Below are positions 47,304 to 58,142 of a stretch of DNA of 64,000 nucleotides, in pieces. Location: contig QPMI01000470.1 in assembly GCA_004431415.1 (NCBI GenBank), forward strand, positions 1 to 64,000. Reading direction: 5' to 3'. This stretch comes from Cyanophora paradoxa CCMP329 (taxonomy: Eukaryota; Plantae; Glaucophyta). The notes below the pieces were generated by a model. It did not search any database and was not told the DNA's origin. It was given only the letters and a program-made list of their open reading frames with translations. The position numbers and the translations under genes are program-made. Position 1 is the stretch's first letter. Each line of letters begins with the position of its first letter.

Positions 47304-49494
47304 CGTTGCTCCTACAGCTTCTGGTTGATGCTGGAGCAGACTGCAGCTGGCAACTTCTGCTCAGCGGCTACCGGTAGGCGTCAGCACCCGTAAGGTGAGG
47401 CCGACAGCCGCAGTGCCAGACAGCCGCGGGCCGCGGCCCGCGCCGCCGCGCGCGGCCCAAAAAAAACAGTTATGGTACTCGGTACTACGGTATACATAAT
47501 ATGCATATGACGATCCCGTTACGTATTTATATACTCGGTACCAGAAGTCGATTCATTCAACTGCTAGCTTGCTCAATCACTTTCGAGGCTGCCGGGCTCT
47601 CGGGAGGTTCCAGAGCTTCCAGAAACAGGTACGTCCCGCGCGCGGGCGGCCCGGCGGGCGGGCGTTACCGTCAACGTTTCTTAGCCAGCTCTTTTTCTTG
47701 TGCTTGTGCTCGCGCGCGATCGCGCCCTGCATGCGCACTGCGGCATGCGCGCTGCGCAGCCGGGCGTGCGCCAGTCGTGTCCGCGCCGACTCCGCGGATC
47801 CGTTGATCATGAAAGACATGCCATGATGATGCACGACCACCATGTCTGCCGCAGTGCACGTGCGTCGGCTGACCTGTGGCCATGCACATGGCCGCACTAG
47901 CCCGCGCATGCGGCTGCTGCGTCGTTCCCCGGCTGACCATATGCATGATCATGAATGCAAGCCGGCTCCGGCGGCGGCGCGGCTCCGTTCTTTCCAATCG
48001 CGGGGCGTCCGCCGGCGTACGCGTCACCGCCCCTGGACTTCCGGCTCTGACAGGGTCCCATCGATCTCCGGATGCACGCGCGGCGCCTTATAATTACGCG
48101 TGCGCCGTACGCGAGCCTGATGAGTGGAGGCGTCCGGAGAAGTCGGAAATTAAATCCCGCAGCGACAGTATACTGCGGCAAGAAAGCTTTCAAGCCTTGA
48201 AGAGCCTTAACCTTATAAGCGGCGGCGCGGCCGCAGCGACAGCTTATAATTATAAGCCTTGAAGAGCTCGCGACGGCGCTCGACGTACCGTCGGCCGCGG
48301 CCCGCGGACGTGGCGATTTGCGCATGCGCGAGCTGCGCATGCGCGCATACAGGCTTCGGGCCGGGGGTACACTGTACACGTCAGTGACGCTGCACGTCAT
48401 GTCGCAGTGCGGTCCCCTGCACTGCGCGTGCGGCTGGATGCAGAATCGATATCGCCGCCGGCGCCGGGTCAATTGCAACTTGCAAGCTTGCAATTGTACA
48501 TGTTTACGGTTTTCCCCGGATCCGGATTCCCGGGTCCGGACCCCGGCCCAGACTCCGGATCCCCAGTCGACGTCGACGTCAGTGCAGTCACGGTGACTCG
48601 AGCTCGTCGGTGAGTCGATCACCCACTGCATGGGGCCAGTACTAGTGCTGCTAGTATACGTAGTGCACGGATTTTTTGGAAAGACTCGCGAAAGACGAGT
48701 TTTTTCGAAAGATTTTTTTGTAGGTACTAGTAGTACACGTAGTAGCCTAGGCCTAGTACTGGACGGCGGTGGACGCCGGGGCCCGGGGGGCCGGCGGGGG
48801 CCGGGGGCCGGCCCCGGCGGGCCCGGCCGGGGCGGCGGGGCCCGGTGGACAACGCTTCGACGCCGTGTGACGTCGACGCGACGGCTGTGACGTGGGAGTC
48901 GGTGTCATTCATGATCACTGAGTGTGCCACTCGGTAGGACCGACAGACTGTCAGTCCGACGTACGCGTCGACCGTCGGACACTGTGACAGGCGAGCCGGC
49001 CGCGGGGCGCCTGCAGCTGAGGCTCTGAGCCGCGCCTCACGTGCACAGTATACGTAGGCCCTCCGAGGCTCATGAGTCATGATCACTGCATGAGTAGGCC
49101 TCATGATCAGCTGCAGTGAGCAGCTGTGAGCTCGAGGCGAATCGTTGGACGTCGCCGAGTCGAAGGCCCGGCGGGTACTTAGTAGTACCGTCACGGCGTA
49201 GTACGTCACGGCGTACGTATACCGTAAACGTTACCTACTACTAGTACTGGTCCGTTACTACCGTCGGACGCGCGCGCGCGCGCGGCCGCGGCCGGACTCG
49301 GGAGATCGTATACGTAATTTACGTAAACGCGCGCGCGAAATCCCGGATCGACGTCGACTTCGAATTCGATCCGCGGCCGGATCCGGGATCCCGCTGATTC
49401 CCCCATCGATATCATCCCGGCCGCGGGGATCCCGGACGGCGTCCGACGGTCGGACGCGCGCGGCCGGAGCTCCTAATCTATTAATCGCCGGCGA

Positions 49495-50000
49495 ACGCAG
49501 AAGGTCGTTGACATGGTTCGCGATAATTGGCATCAACGGTGCGCGCGCCCACGCGAGCACGAGCGCTTGTTGGGCGTCCGACGGTCACGCGGAGCAAAGC
49601 CTTCGAATTCAAGCTTTTAAGGGTTATAATTATGGGGCGTCCCGCGCGCAGGAGGTACGGCCGCGGGCGCCGGCGCCTCGAGCTCGCGCAAGCGGACCGG
49701 ATGCATATGCATTTGGCCATACTGGAGGACGATCGCGAGCGTCATGATCGCAGCGCCGAGGGCGCGCGCGCGACGTCGACGCGGAGCTCCGATTGCCGCA
49801 GTGCGATATCGATGTCGATATCGGGGGCAGGAAGAACACGCCCAAGCCCGCGCCGCGCCTCGAAGATAAGGACACGCGTACGTATACGCCCAAGCCGCGT
49901 CAAGCTTAAGGGGCCGGGGTCACGGGTGGCGGTTAGCTGCAGAGAGGACGCGTAGCGCGAGGCGGCCGCGGCAGCGCGAGCACCTCGCGATCGACAGGCG
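49495..50000 (+). repeat. Dispersed decayed repeat, copy 2
   Basis: Collinear with 43811-44156, but longer through palindromic insertions and one longer block. Confidence 0.85.
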
Positions 50001-51699
50001 TGTCTTCGGGCCGGTACGGTGCCATGGCGGTGGTGGTGGCCATGGTGGGGAGGGCGAACGAAGTCGAGGGGGCGGCCGAAGCCAAATGGGTGGCCGAATT
50101 ATCGAAGTCGGGGGGACAGCCGGGGCCTGGGGGTCGGCTGGGGCCTGAGGGAAGGGGAAAGTCGGCTTGAGGAGCGCAAGGGGAATGGGGCCCAGAGGGG
50201 GCGCAACAGGTCCATTCAGCAGTGGCAGTGCGTCGGCTGCTGGAGCAAATTAAAGAAAGGTTTATATTCGAATTCGCCGCGCGCAAAGAGGGATGTAATG
50301 GCGGGTTGGCCTGCAGCTGGCCATGGGGGCGCCGTCTTTGCTTTTTTGCTTTTTTTTAATTTGATCGCGATCGTCTTGCGGCCGGTTGCTTTCCTCTTGG
50401 GTGTCGGCCCGGCGGGAGGGGCGTTGCGGCTGCTGCTGCTGGAGCGCAGGGGGGAGGGGCCGATCGCGAGGGACGCGAGAGCTTACAATTGGGTTCGGGG
50501 TACCGGTGGGAGGATCGTCAGTGACGCGTTTACGTGAGAGCTGTACATGTGGGGTGGGGGGTATACGTAGGCGTGGTCGTTTGGGGGAGGCCCTGAGGGT
50601 GCGAGAGGGCGTGCGGGGTGTTTGGACGACTGGTTGCAATTGGGTTGGCTGCATGCTGGTGGCGCTGGCCGCGATGCTCTAGATCTCCGGATCCTGTAGC
50701 TGCGCCGCTGCTCATGCCTGCGCATGCTATGCCGTCTGCGCATGCGGAACCGGAGCTGCGAGGGTCCGGTAAGGTCGGAGGAAGGGCAATTGCAAGCTTT
50801 AAGGCCTAGGGCCGCCTGTTGATTATAAGGGGGGAGGTCGGGTAGGCGGAGGAGCGGGGCAGGGAGGGGCCTGGGGGCGGGCCCGGCGTTCAGAAATGAT
50901 TTGCATTGCCCCTGCGCCCTTCTGGCTTCGGCGTGGGCATAGAGGGCCGGGCAGCTGCGGTGGCAAATTAAAGCGGTTACCGCATGGGCAAGAGAAGTCA
51001 GAGGACCCATGCCAGCGACGTCGACGGGGTCAGCCGCGCGCGGCGCGGGCGGGCTTTGGTGGAGGCCTAGGGGGATCGGAGAGGAGGGGGCTTGAGGTGG
51101 CCCTAGGCCTTGGGGGCCGGTGGGGAGCCGCGCAATTGCCTGACGTAGATTTTCCAGGAAGCTTTAACACCCAGGGTTGACTACCCGAGTCCGGCGCGGT
51201 TCGCAGCAGTAGTCAGAGATGAAGATTGTGTGAATTTGTGAAGCTAATTATAAATTCGCGCCACCTGCAGCTGCGCATGCAGTTTTTGCTCTTCGTCTTG
51301 CATGTCGGTCTCCGCGCTCTTGTCTTAGTTATTTTGCCAAAAGCATCATGGCATGCCATGATGCACATGCTTCTGTTCGAACCTGTTGTCCCTGTACATG
51401 TGCGGCTGTGCTTCCTCTGCAACTGGGCAGCCCCCGCAGTGCCGCAGTGCTAACGCTGGTACCGATGTCTAGACTCGTAAAGACTGTGGCCAGCTGCAGT
51501 ACTAGTATAATTCACCAAAAACAAACACAGTCACGGCAAATTACTGAGGGGGTCGGGCACCGTCGGGATCCCCTGGCCATGGGGGCCGGGGGGAGTTCCC
51601 GGGCTCCCCCCAGGCCGGCGCCCCATGCCAGCCTGAGATCTACCGGTAGATCCGATGCCATGAAGGCCCATGATGATCTAGAGAGGCAGAACCCCATGG

Positions 51700-52036
51700 C
51701 CAGGGTCCGATCTTCGTCTTCGACTGTAGTTCCTCGTGCTCGTTCTCCTTATTCGCTGCGTCCCCGTGCTCCGGCTCGTCGTTCTAGTGTGACTAGCTAT
51801 AGTACTTCTGCGTCGACGTCCTTGCAATTGAGCTCTTCTAGATCTACGTATACTCCTTCTCCTCGTGCTCGTTCTCCTTATAATTATCTTTTGCGTTCTT
51901 CTAGATCTGATCGTGTCCCTTCTCGTGATCCCTCTTGATTCTGTATTTTGTGCTACTTTACTGTATCTTTGATTTGTGGTTGCTTTGTTGTCTCGTATAC
52001 GGGGGGTTCGCCCCACCGTAGTCTCTCAAAAAAAAA
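51700..52036 (+). mobile_element. Probable 3' end fragment of a non-LTR retroelement
   Basis: R/S/P-rich ORF end (...VPSRDPS*), T-rich UTR, hairpin CGGGGGGTTCGCCCCACCG, then A9 at 52028-52036. Confidence 0.4.
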
Positions 52037-52724
52037 GATGACCGTCCGAAACTTTTACATTACTAAAGTTAATTTCGGGCCATTTCGGCGCCGCGGCGCG
52101 CGCGCGGCGGCGCCGGCGCTGTCGACGTCGCGATCGCCAATCGCGCCGCGGCGCGCGCGCACGTGCACGTACGGGAACACGTGCACAACGTGCGGCGTTA
52201 CCCCGGCGTAACGCCGGCGTTGCGTTTACGTGCGGCGTGAGGGGCCTGTGTTAATTGAAACAAGGAAATCGAATATTCTTTTCGTTGCAACTAGCCCGCC
52301 CCGAGGTGGGACCCAAATCCGGCCGTACCCGAGGAAGGAGCGACAGCCCGGCGCAGCCAACGGCGGCCGGGCGGCATCAGCCAGCAAGCTCGGAAGGTCA
52401 CTAAGGCGTACAAGAGTACGTGGGGCTTCCGGCAGCGAGCTCCGGTGCCCGGAGCACGGAGCGCCGAACTTCAGGTCCTCGGTGCGTGAAAAGTAGAACC
52501 TTAAGCGGCCCTTCTTAAGTCGCGTACGTGTATCATGCATCATAGCGCTTCGTTATAGCCTAAGAACGGGTCATTACAGAATATAAGGGCACAGAATATA
52601 TTTTTTTTGTGGTGAATGGCACAGAATATAAGTCATTTACATGCTTTTGAAACAAAATATAGGCTTAATAGAGCGCTCGCGGGCCTCTGAGACTAAGCTG
52701 CGGCGTCGGCCGCATCCTGGCCTC

Positions 52725-53360
52725 GCCCCCTCGCGTCCGGGGCGCCCGGCGGCGGCGCCGCGCGGCCTCCTGCGGCGGGGCGCGCGGCGGGCGCGCGGCG
52801 GGCGCGGGCGGGGCTGCACGGGCGGGCTCGGCGGCGGCGGAAGGCGTCGGCGGCGTCGCGGCCTCGTCCCCTCGCGTCCGAGGCGCTCGGGGTGGCCGGC
52901 GCGGACTCCTGCGGCGGGGCGAGCGGCGGGCGCGCGGCGGGCGCGGGCGGGCTGCACGGGCGGGCTCGGCGGCGGCGGAAGGCGTCGGCGGCGTCGCGGC
53001 CTCGTCCCCTCGCGTCCGAGGCGCTCGGGGTTGGCCCGGCGCGGACTCCTGCGGCGGGGCGCGCGGCGGGCGCGCGGCGGGCGCGGGCGGGGCTGCACGG
53101 GCGGGCTCGGCGGCGGCGGAAGGCGTCGGCGGCGTCGCGGCCTCGTCCCTCGCGTCCGCGGCGCTCGGGGGTGGCCCGGCGCGGACTCCTGCGGCGGGGC
53201 GCGCGGCGGGCGCGCGGCGGGCGCGGGCGGGGCTGCACGGGCGGGCTCGGCGGCGGCGGAAGGCGTCGGCGGCGTCGCGGCCTCGTCCCCTCGCGTCCGA
53301 GGCGCTCGAGGGCGACCCGGTGCGGGCTCCTGCGGCGGGGCGCGCGGCGGACGGGCGGGG
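52725..53360. repeat. ~141-bp extremely GC-rich minisatellite, ~4.5 copies
   Basis: CGGCGTCGCGGCCTCGTCCC recurs at 52851, 52989, 53130 and 53270. Confidence 0.92.
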
Positions 53361-54337
53361 GCGCGGGGGAGCGTGGGCTGGCGGCGCCGCGGACAGCGGC
53401 GCGCCGCGCCAGCGAGTGCGGACATGTTCTGCGATTACAAACGATGCTCTTAGTTGTGCAGAACGCTGCCCCGCATGATGGCACCGCACCACGCTCGCCC
53501 CCGCGAAGCGCCCCGCGCTCTCCCGATCGCGATCGCGAGCACACTGCGGCTGCGTCAGAGGAGGTGCTGCCAGCGAACCGCAAACGCTAGTTGAGCATTG
53601 TATACACGTACTAGCATGCACGTGTCACCTTCGGAAGCGATACAGCGACATCGGGAGCGACGGATCGCCCGCAGTCACCGAAGCCGCGCAGGTCGGCCGT
53701 TCGCAAGGCGCGGAGCGTCCGCGGTGCTGGCTGTAGCTAGCTACGGGCCGGCTGTAACATGTATACAACTACTCCAGTGGCCAGACTAGGCCAGGCTCGC
53801 CGCGCGGGGCGTGCGACCGCGCCGAAGGCATGATGTCGGGTCGGTCGGTGGCGGGGCCGCCGGGGAGCTAGCCAGAGCGCCCGGCTACCCGGCTGGTGCT
53901 TCCGATGCATGCTCTGTGCTCTCCCGGTACCGGTGCGGCGCTGCTGAAGATTGGGACGTGCGCCGGAAGTGTGCGGTACTCCCCCCTAGACATCTCTTTC
54001 GCCGCAGGATAATAAAAATGCATTTCCTTAAATCCGACCATAGGGGCCCCTCACGCGGCGTTACGGTGCATGCGCAACACTAGTACTGCAACTTCTGCAA
54101 GTGCCACGTTCGGACTCCGGAGTCCGCATTGTCACGCACAGTCACCGAGCTCGAGTGTACCCACTGTACCGTACGCGTATCGATATCGCGAATCTGATGA
54201 TCGCGATCGGTGACCATCATGGCATCATCGGTCCGTAGTAACTCCGTACTACTGACTCCGTAGTACTCCGGCGGAGTCCGTACTACGGTACGACTCCGAA
54301 ATATATATGGGTATATATAGTCGGTACTACTCGGTAG

Positions 54338-54990
54338 TAGGCCTGCGGCTTGCAGTCAAGCCCTTGAGCCAAGCCCTTGAGCCGGGCTGAGGGGTCAAGC
54401 CCTTGCCCGGCTTTTGGCCGGCTCAAGCCGGCTCAAGCCCTGGAGAGGGGGGGTGGGGGGGGGCGTCGGAGGGGGGTGCCGGACGCAGCTAATTATAATT
54501 CGAAGGGGCAGCCTGCAGCTGCGGACGGACGCAGCCGTACGCGGACGCAGCTGCAGACGGACGCAGCCAGCGCTAGCGCTCGCTGCAGCTGCAGCTGGCC
54601 CCGCGCACGTGTACATGCACCGCCACGGCGCCGGCCGGCGCCGGCCGCGGCGCCCGCGGCCCGGCCGGGCCTGCGCATGCCAGCTGCAGCCTGGCAGGCT
54701 GGCCCGTTAACGTTATAAATTCAATGATTAGCGTTCAACGTTAACTTGGCAACGGTTGGAGCGCGTTTCTTTGTGAACTCGAAGCTAAATACAAGCATTT
54801 CGCTGCGGTGCGAGGGCTTCCGGAACTGTACCCCCCCTAAGGCTTGCCGCAAGCCCGGCCAAGGGCTTGACCCCGCCGGGAGCCCAAGCCCTTGGGCCGG
54901 CCGGACAACCGGCTTGGCTTGGCTTGACCACGAGCGCCCAGGGCTTGGCTTGGCTTAAGCCGACTTTTTGGCCGGCAAGCCGCACCCCTA
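54338..54990. mobile_element. Non-autonomous hAT-type element (MITE), 653 bp
   Basis: TIRs TAGGCCTGCGGCTTGC / GCAAGCCGCACCCCTA. Perfect 8-bp TSD CTCGGTAG (54330-54337, 54991-54998). CAAGCC/GGCTTG subterminal repeats. Confidence 0.9.
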
Positions 54991-56565
54991 CTCGGTAGAC
55001 TGTAGTGCTCCGTAATAATTATTAATAAGAGTCCGGCCAATTGCAACTTCGGCCGTTGGGCAACTTTCAAGTTCGGCAATTAAGTCGAAGTCGACGGCAA
55101 CTTCCGAAGTCAAGGCTTGAGTTCGCGATCGATCGGAAGTTCGGATCCGGAAGTTCCAATTGCAAAATAATTACCAAGTTAAAATATCAACAAGTGGCAA
55201 GTATATATACCGGCCGGTCACCGCGGGTACTAGCTAGTAGAAACTTAGTATAAGTACTAAGTAGTAATTGTAGGAATTTGTGGCTACCGTAGTGGCTAGT
55301 ACACTGGCTACCGTATACGGTATACGTATGGCGTCGTATGCAGTATAGCCTGCCAGTAGTACTACGTATACTGGGCCGGGCCAGTACTAGTAGTACCAGT
55401 ACTGGCTACGCGCGCCCGGTACGCCATAACTACGGTCACCGGGTAGTCTGTATAGTACTGCAGGCCCGGGCTGCAGCCTGCATGCGCAGCTGCAGCCTGC
55501 GCATGCAGGCTGCAGAATTGCAAGCGGCGCAGCAGCGCTAGCTGTAGTAGCTGCTGTACTACGGTAGCTGCAAGTTCTGCAACTTGGCAAGATATATATA
55601 TAGAAAAACTGCATGCAACCGTTGAACTTGCAAGCCCGGCGGCCCCGGCCCCGGGCCCTTGCAAATTGCAATTGAAGTTGCAATTGCCAAGTTGCAAGTA
55701 CTAGTTAATTTGCAACTTGCAAATTGCAATTTTTGAGTTGCAAGTTAACTTGCAACTTGCAAGTTCTGCAAAAAGTACTAGTAAGTTAGCAGTAGTAAGT
55801 ACTAGTAACGCCTAAAGCTTCTAGAACTTTAAGAAACATTCAATGATTCTAGATTTCATGTTTGCAATATGCGCATGCTCACTGAGTCAGAAGAGTCAGA
55901 ACGTTAACTTGGAAAAATTCTCAGCCGGGGCCGGAATCGGCCGCGCGCACGAGGTAGACGAGTCTTAGACGACCGTCGGACGTCGACCCGCCGCCGGGCC
56001 GCCCGCCTCCGGATCCGCGCCGGCGCCCCGGCCGCGCCCGCCGCTGGCGCCGGCCCGGCCGGGCGGCCGCGCCGCGCCGCGGGCCCCGGCCCACTGACTC
56101 TGCAGCCTGGCCCAGTGGCAGGCGCCGGTCGCCGCCGGATGCGGCTGGCAGATCTTGCCCTTATGTAAATTAGCTACCTGGTATGGGTCTAGTAGCTACC
56201 TAGTACAGTCTTAGTAACCGCCGCCTGTAACTGCCAACAGCAGCTTTTATAAAGCATGTGAAATATACCATGCACGTGACCAATCGAAAACCGCTGAACC
56301 CGCCGGCCGGCGCCGGGGAGAGTAGTGTACCGTATACCGTAGTACGTCGCCCCGGGCCGGGGGGCCCCGGCCCCCGACTCGGGGGCCCGACTCCCGAGTG
56401 ACCGAGTCACGGCCCCTCACGCGTACGGGACTCCAGGAGACTGGCAGCCAGTGGCAGGAGTCCATGCCAGGACTCTCGAGTCTCCGCGGAGTCGCGGCCT
56501 CTCGGGCCTCGGAGGCTGTCGGAGCAGCTGCGCTAGCGCTGGACTCCGGGAGCGAGCCTGCGCAC

Positions 56566-56976
56566 CAGGGCTGTCAAAATTTTACCCCCCCAAAATGGAC
56601 CAGAAAATTTTGAGGAATATTCCGGGAACGTTCCCGGAATATTCCACCACACAAAATCCTGGAAAATTCTCAATACCGTGCGTTGCGCACCGCAGACACA
56701 CGTTCAAAGCTGCGAAGCACTAAGATAACATCACACTAAGCATTCTGAGAGACAGTATACAGCCTTCTGGAGCTTGGAGACGGAAATGCAAGGCCCCTGG
56801 TGGGGTCAGAAGGGGGGGGAGGGGGCGCAGAAAAGGGATGAAAATGAATAAATAATCATTAAATTATATTCAATTTCCTAAAATTTTCCCCCTGCAAACG
56901 GGACGCGAAAATTTTCCCGAAATTTTCTAATATTCCGGGAACGTTCCAGGCTGGAATATTCCGGCTAACAGCCCTG
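56566..56976. mobile_element. Non-autonomous hAT-type element (MITE), 411 bp
   Basis: TIRs CAGGGCTGT / ACAGCCCTG. Perfect 8-bp TSD CTGCGCAC (56558-56565, 56977-56984). Subterminal GGAATATTCC and GGAACGTTCC palindromes. Confidence 0.92.
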
Positions 56977-58142
56977 CTGCGCACGCGCACTGCGGCAATG
57001 CGCATCATGGCATACAAGTATGCATGCGCATTGCCGTCTCATCATGGCATTTTGCCGATGATCGCCGTTGCCAAGTTGCCACTGCTTGCCAGGCTTTTCC
57101 AGCACAGTAGTAGTAGTACTACGCCGTAACTACGGTACTCGCTCGAGCTCGCTGATCGGTGTCGAGACTCTGAGACGCGGTCCTCGCGGACTAGCTCGGG
57201 AGTCGGGAGTCGGGGCGCGCGCGCGCGCCCGGCGGCCGGCGAGCAGCTAGCCTAGTCGCCTGAGCGCTGCCCAGCTGCAGGCCTGCAGCTTTAACTTTTA
57301 GTACACGTAAGCTTATGCACACCCAGCCTGCATGCGCAGGCTGCAGCTACGCATGCAAGTTAAAGCTGCAGCTGCAGGCTGCAGCGCTGCGGGGCTAATA
57401 GCCTAGTAGAACTACCGTACTACGGTAGTAGACTCTATAGCTAAAGCTTAAGCGGGGCTGGAGAATCAGTGGCGACTCACCGCTCATTGCCCGATATCGG
57501 TCGTTCGCTGCAATTGTATATGCGACAAGCCTGGGCCATGATGTAGGCAGCTTGCTGCGAACGATTGCGAATGAACAGCGAAGCCGCGAAATCGAAAGAC
57601 GCGTATTTCGATATCTGCGGTACGGTACATATACGCATGTCACAGCCATGTCATTGTTAAACGCATCGGACTTGCAATTGCAATTGTAGCTGTAGCGCGC
57701 CGCGGCGCGCTGGACTCCAGCTTTCAAGAGTCTGTACGTATACGCCGTGCGACGTGCACGTGCCGCATGCGCAGTGCTCCGATCGATATCCATTGATCAC
57801 TGCATGTACGTACACGTTTTTCGTAAATCGATCGCGGCATTGATGTAGTCGACGTTCAACGGTTGCTGGTATATTATATAATTCTGGCATCCGCAGCCCG
57901 AGCCTCGGAGTGCTGAAACATCTTCTGGCTACTTTGCAAGGCAATTTTGCTGCCCGGCAATTCATGATTGCAATTGCAAGATTAAGACCTATGCAATACA
58001 TCCCGGTGCAGGTGCTCGACGCATGTCATCGATCTAAATGAGACCGTCGTACATGTCGCGTGCTCTAGATCTAGAGGCGCATACAGCCTGGCAACTCATC
58101 ACAAGTATTTTGAAAATCAGGGAGTGTCAACCTAATTGTATC

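Noticed and set aside
50000-51480. Possible decayed gag or other TE coding remnant on the minus strand
   Set aside because: Only vague motif resemblance, with many stops; not supportable.
52240-52520. Possible structured ncRNA (SRP, RNase P/MRP, U3)
   Set aside because: The conserved boxes of these RNAs could not be found by eye; an Rfam scan would be needed.
52637-53621. Long overlapping R/P/A-rich ORFs as real genes
   Set aside because: They arise from a stop-free GC-rich minisatellite. Most other short ORFs in the supplied track are likewise GC-driven shadows.
55030-55800. GCAACTT/TTGCAAG-rich stretch as a MITE
   Set aside because: No matching TIR pair with a TSD was found; treated as low-complexity palindromic decay.
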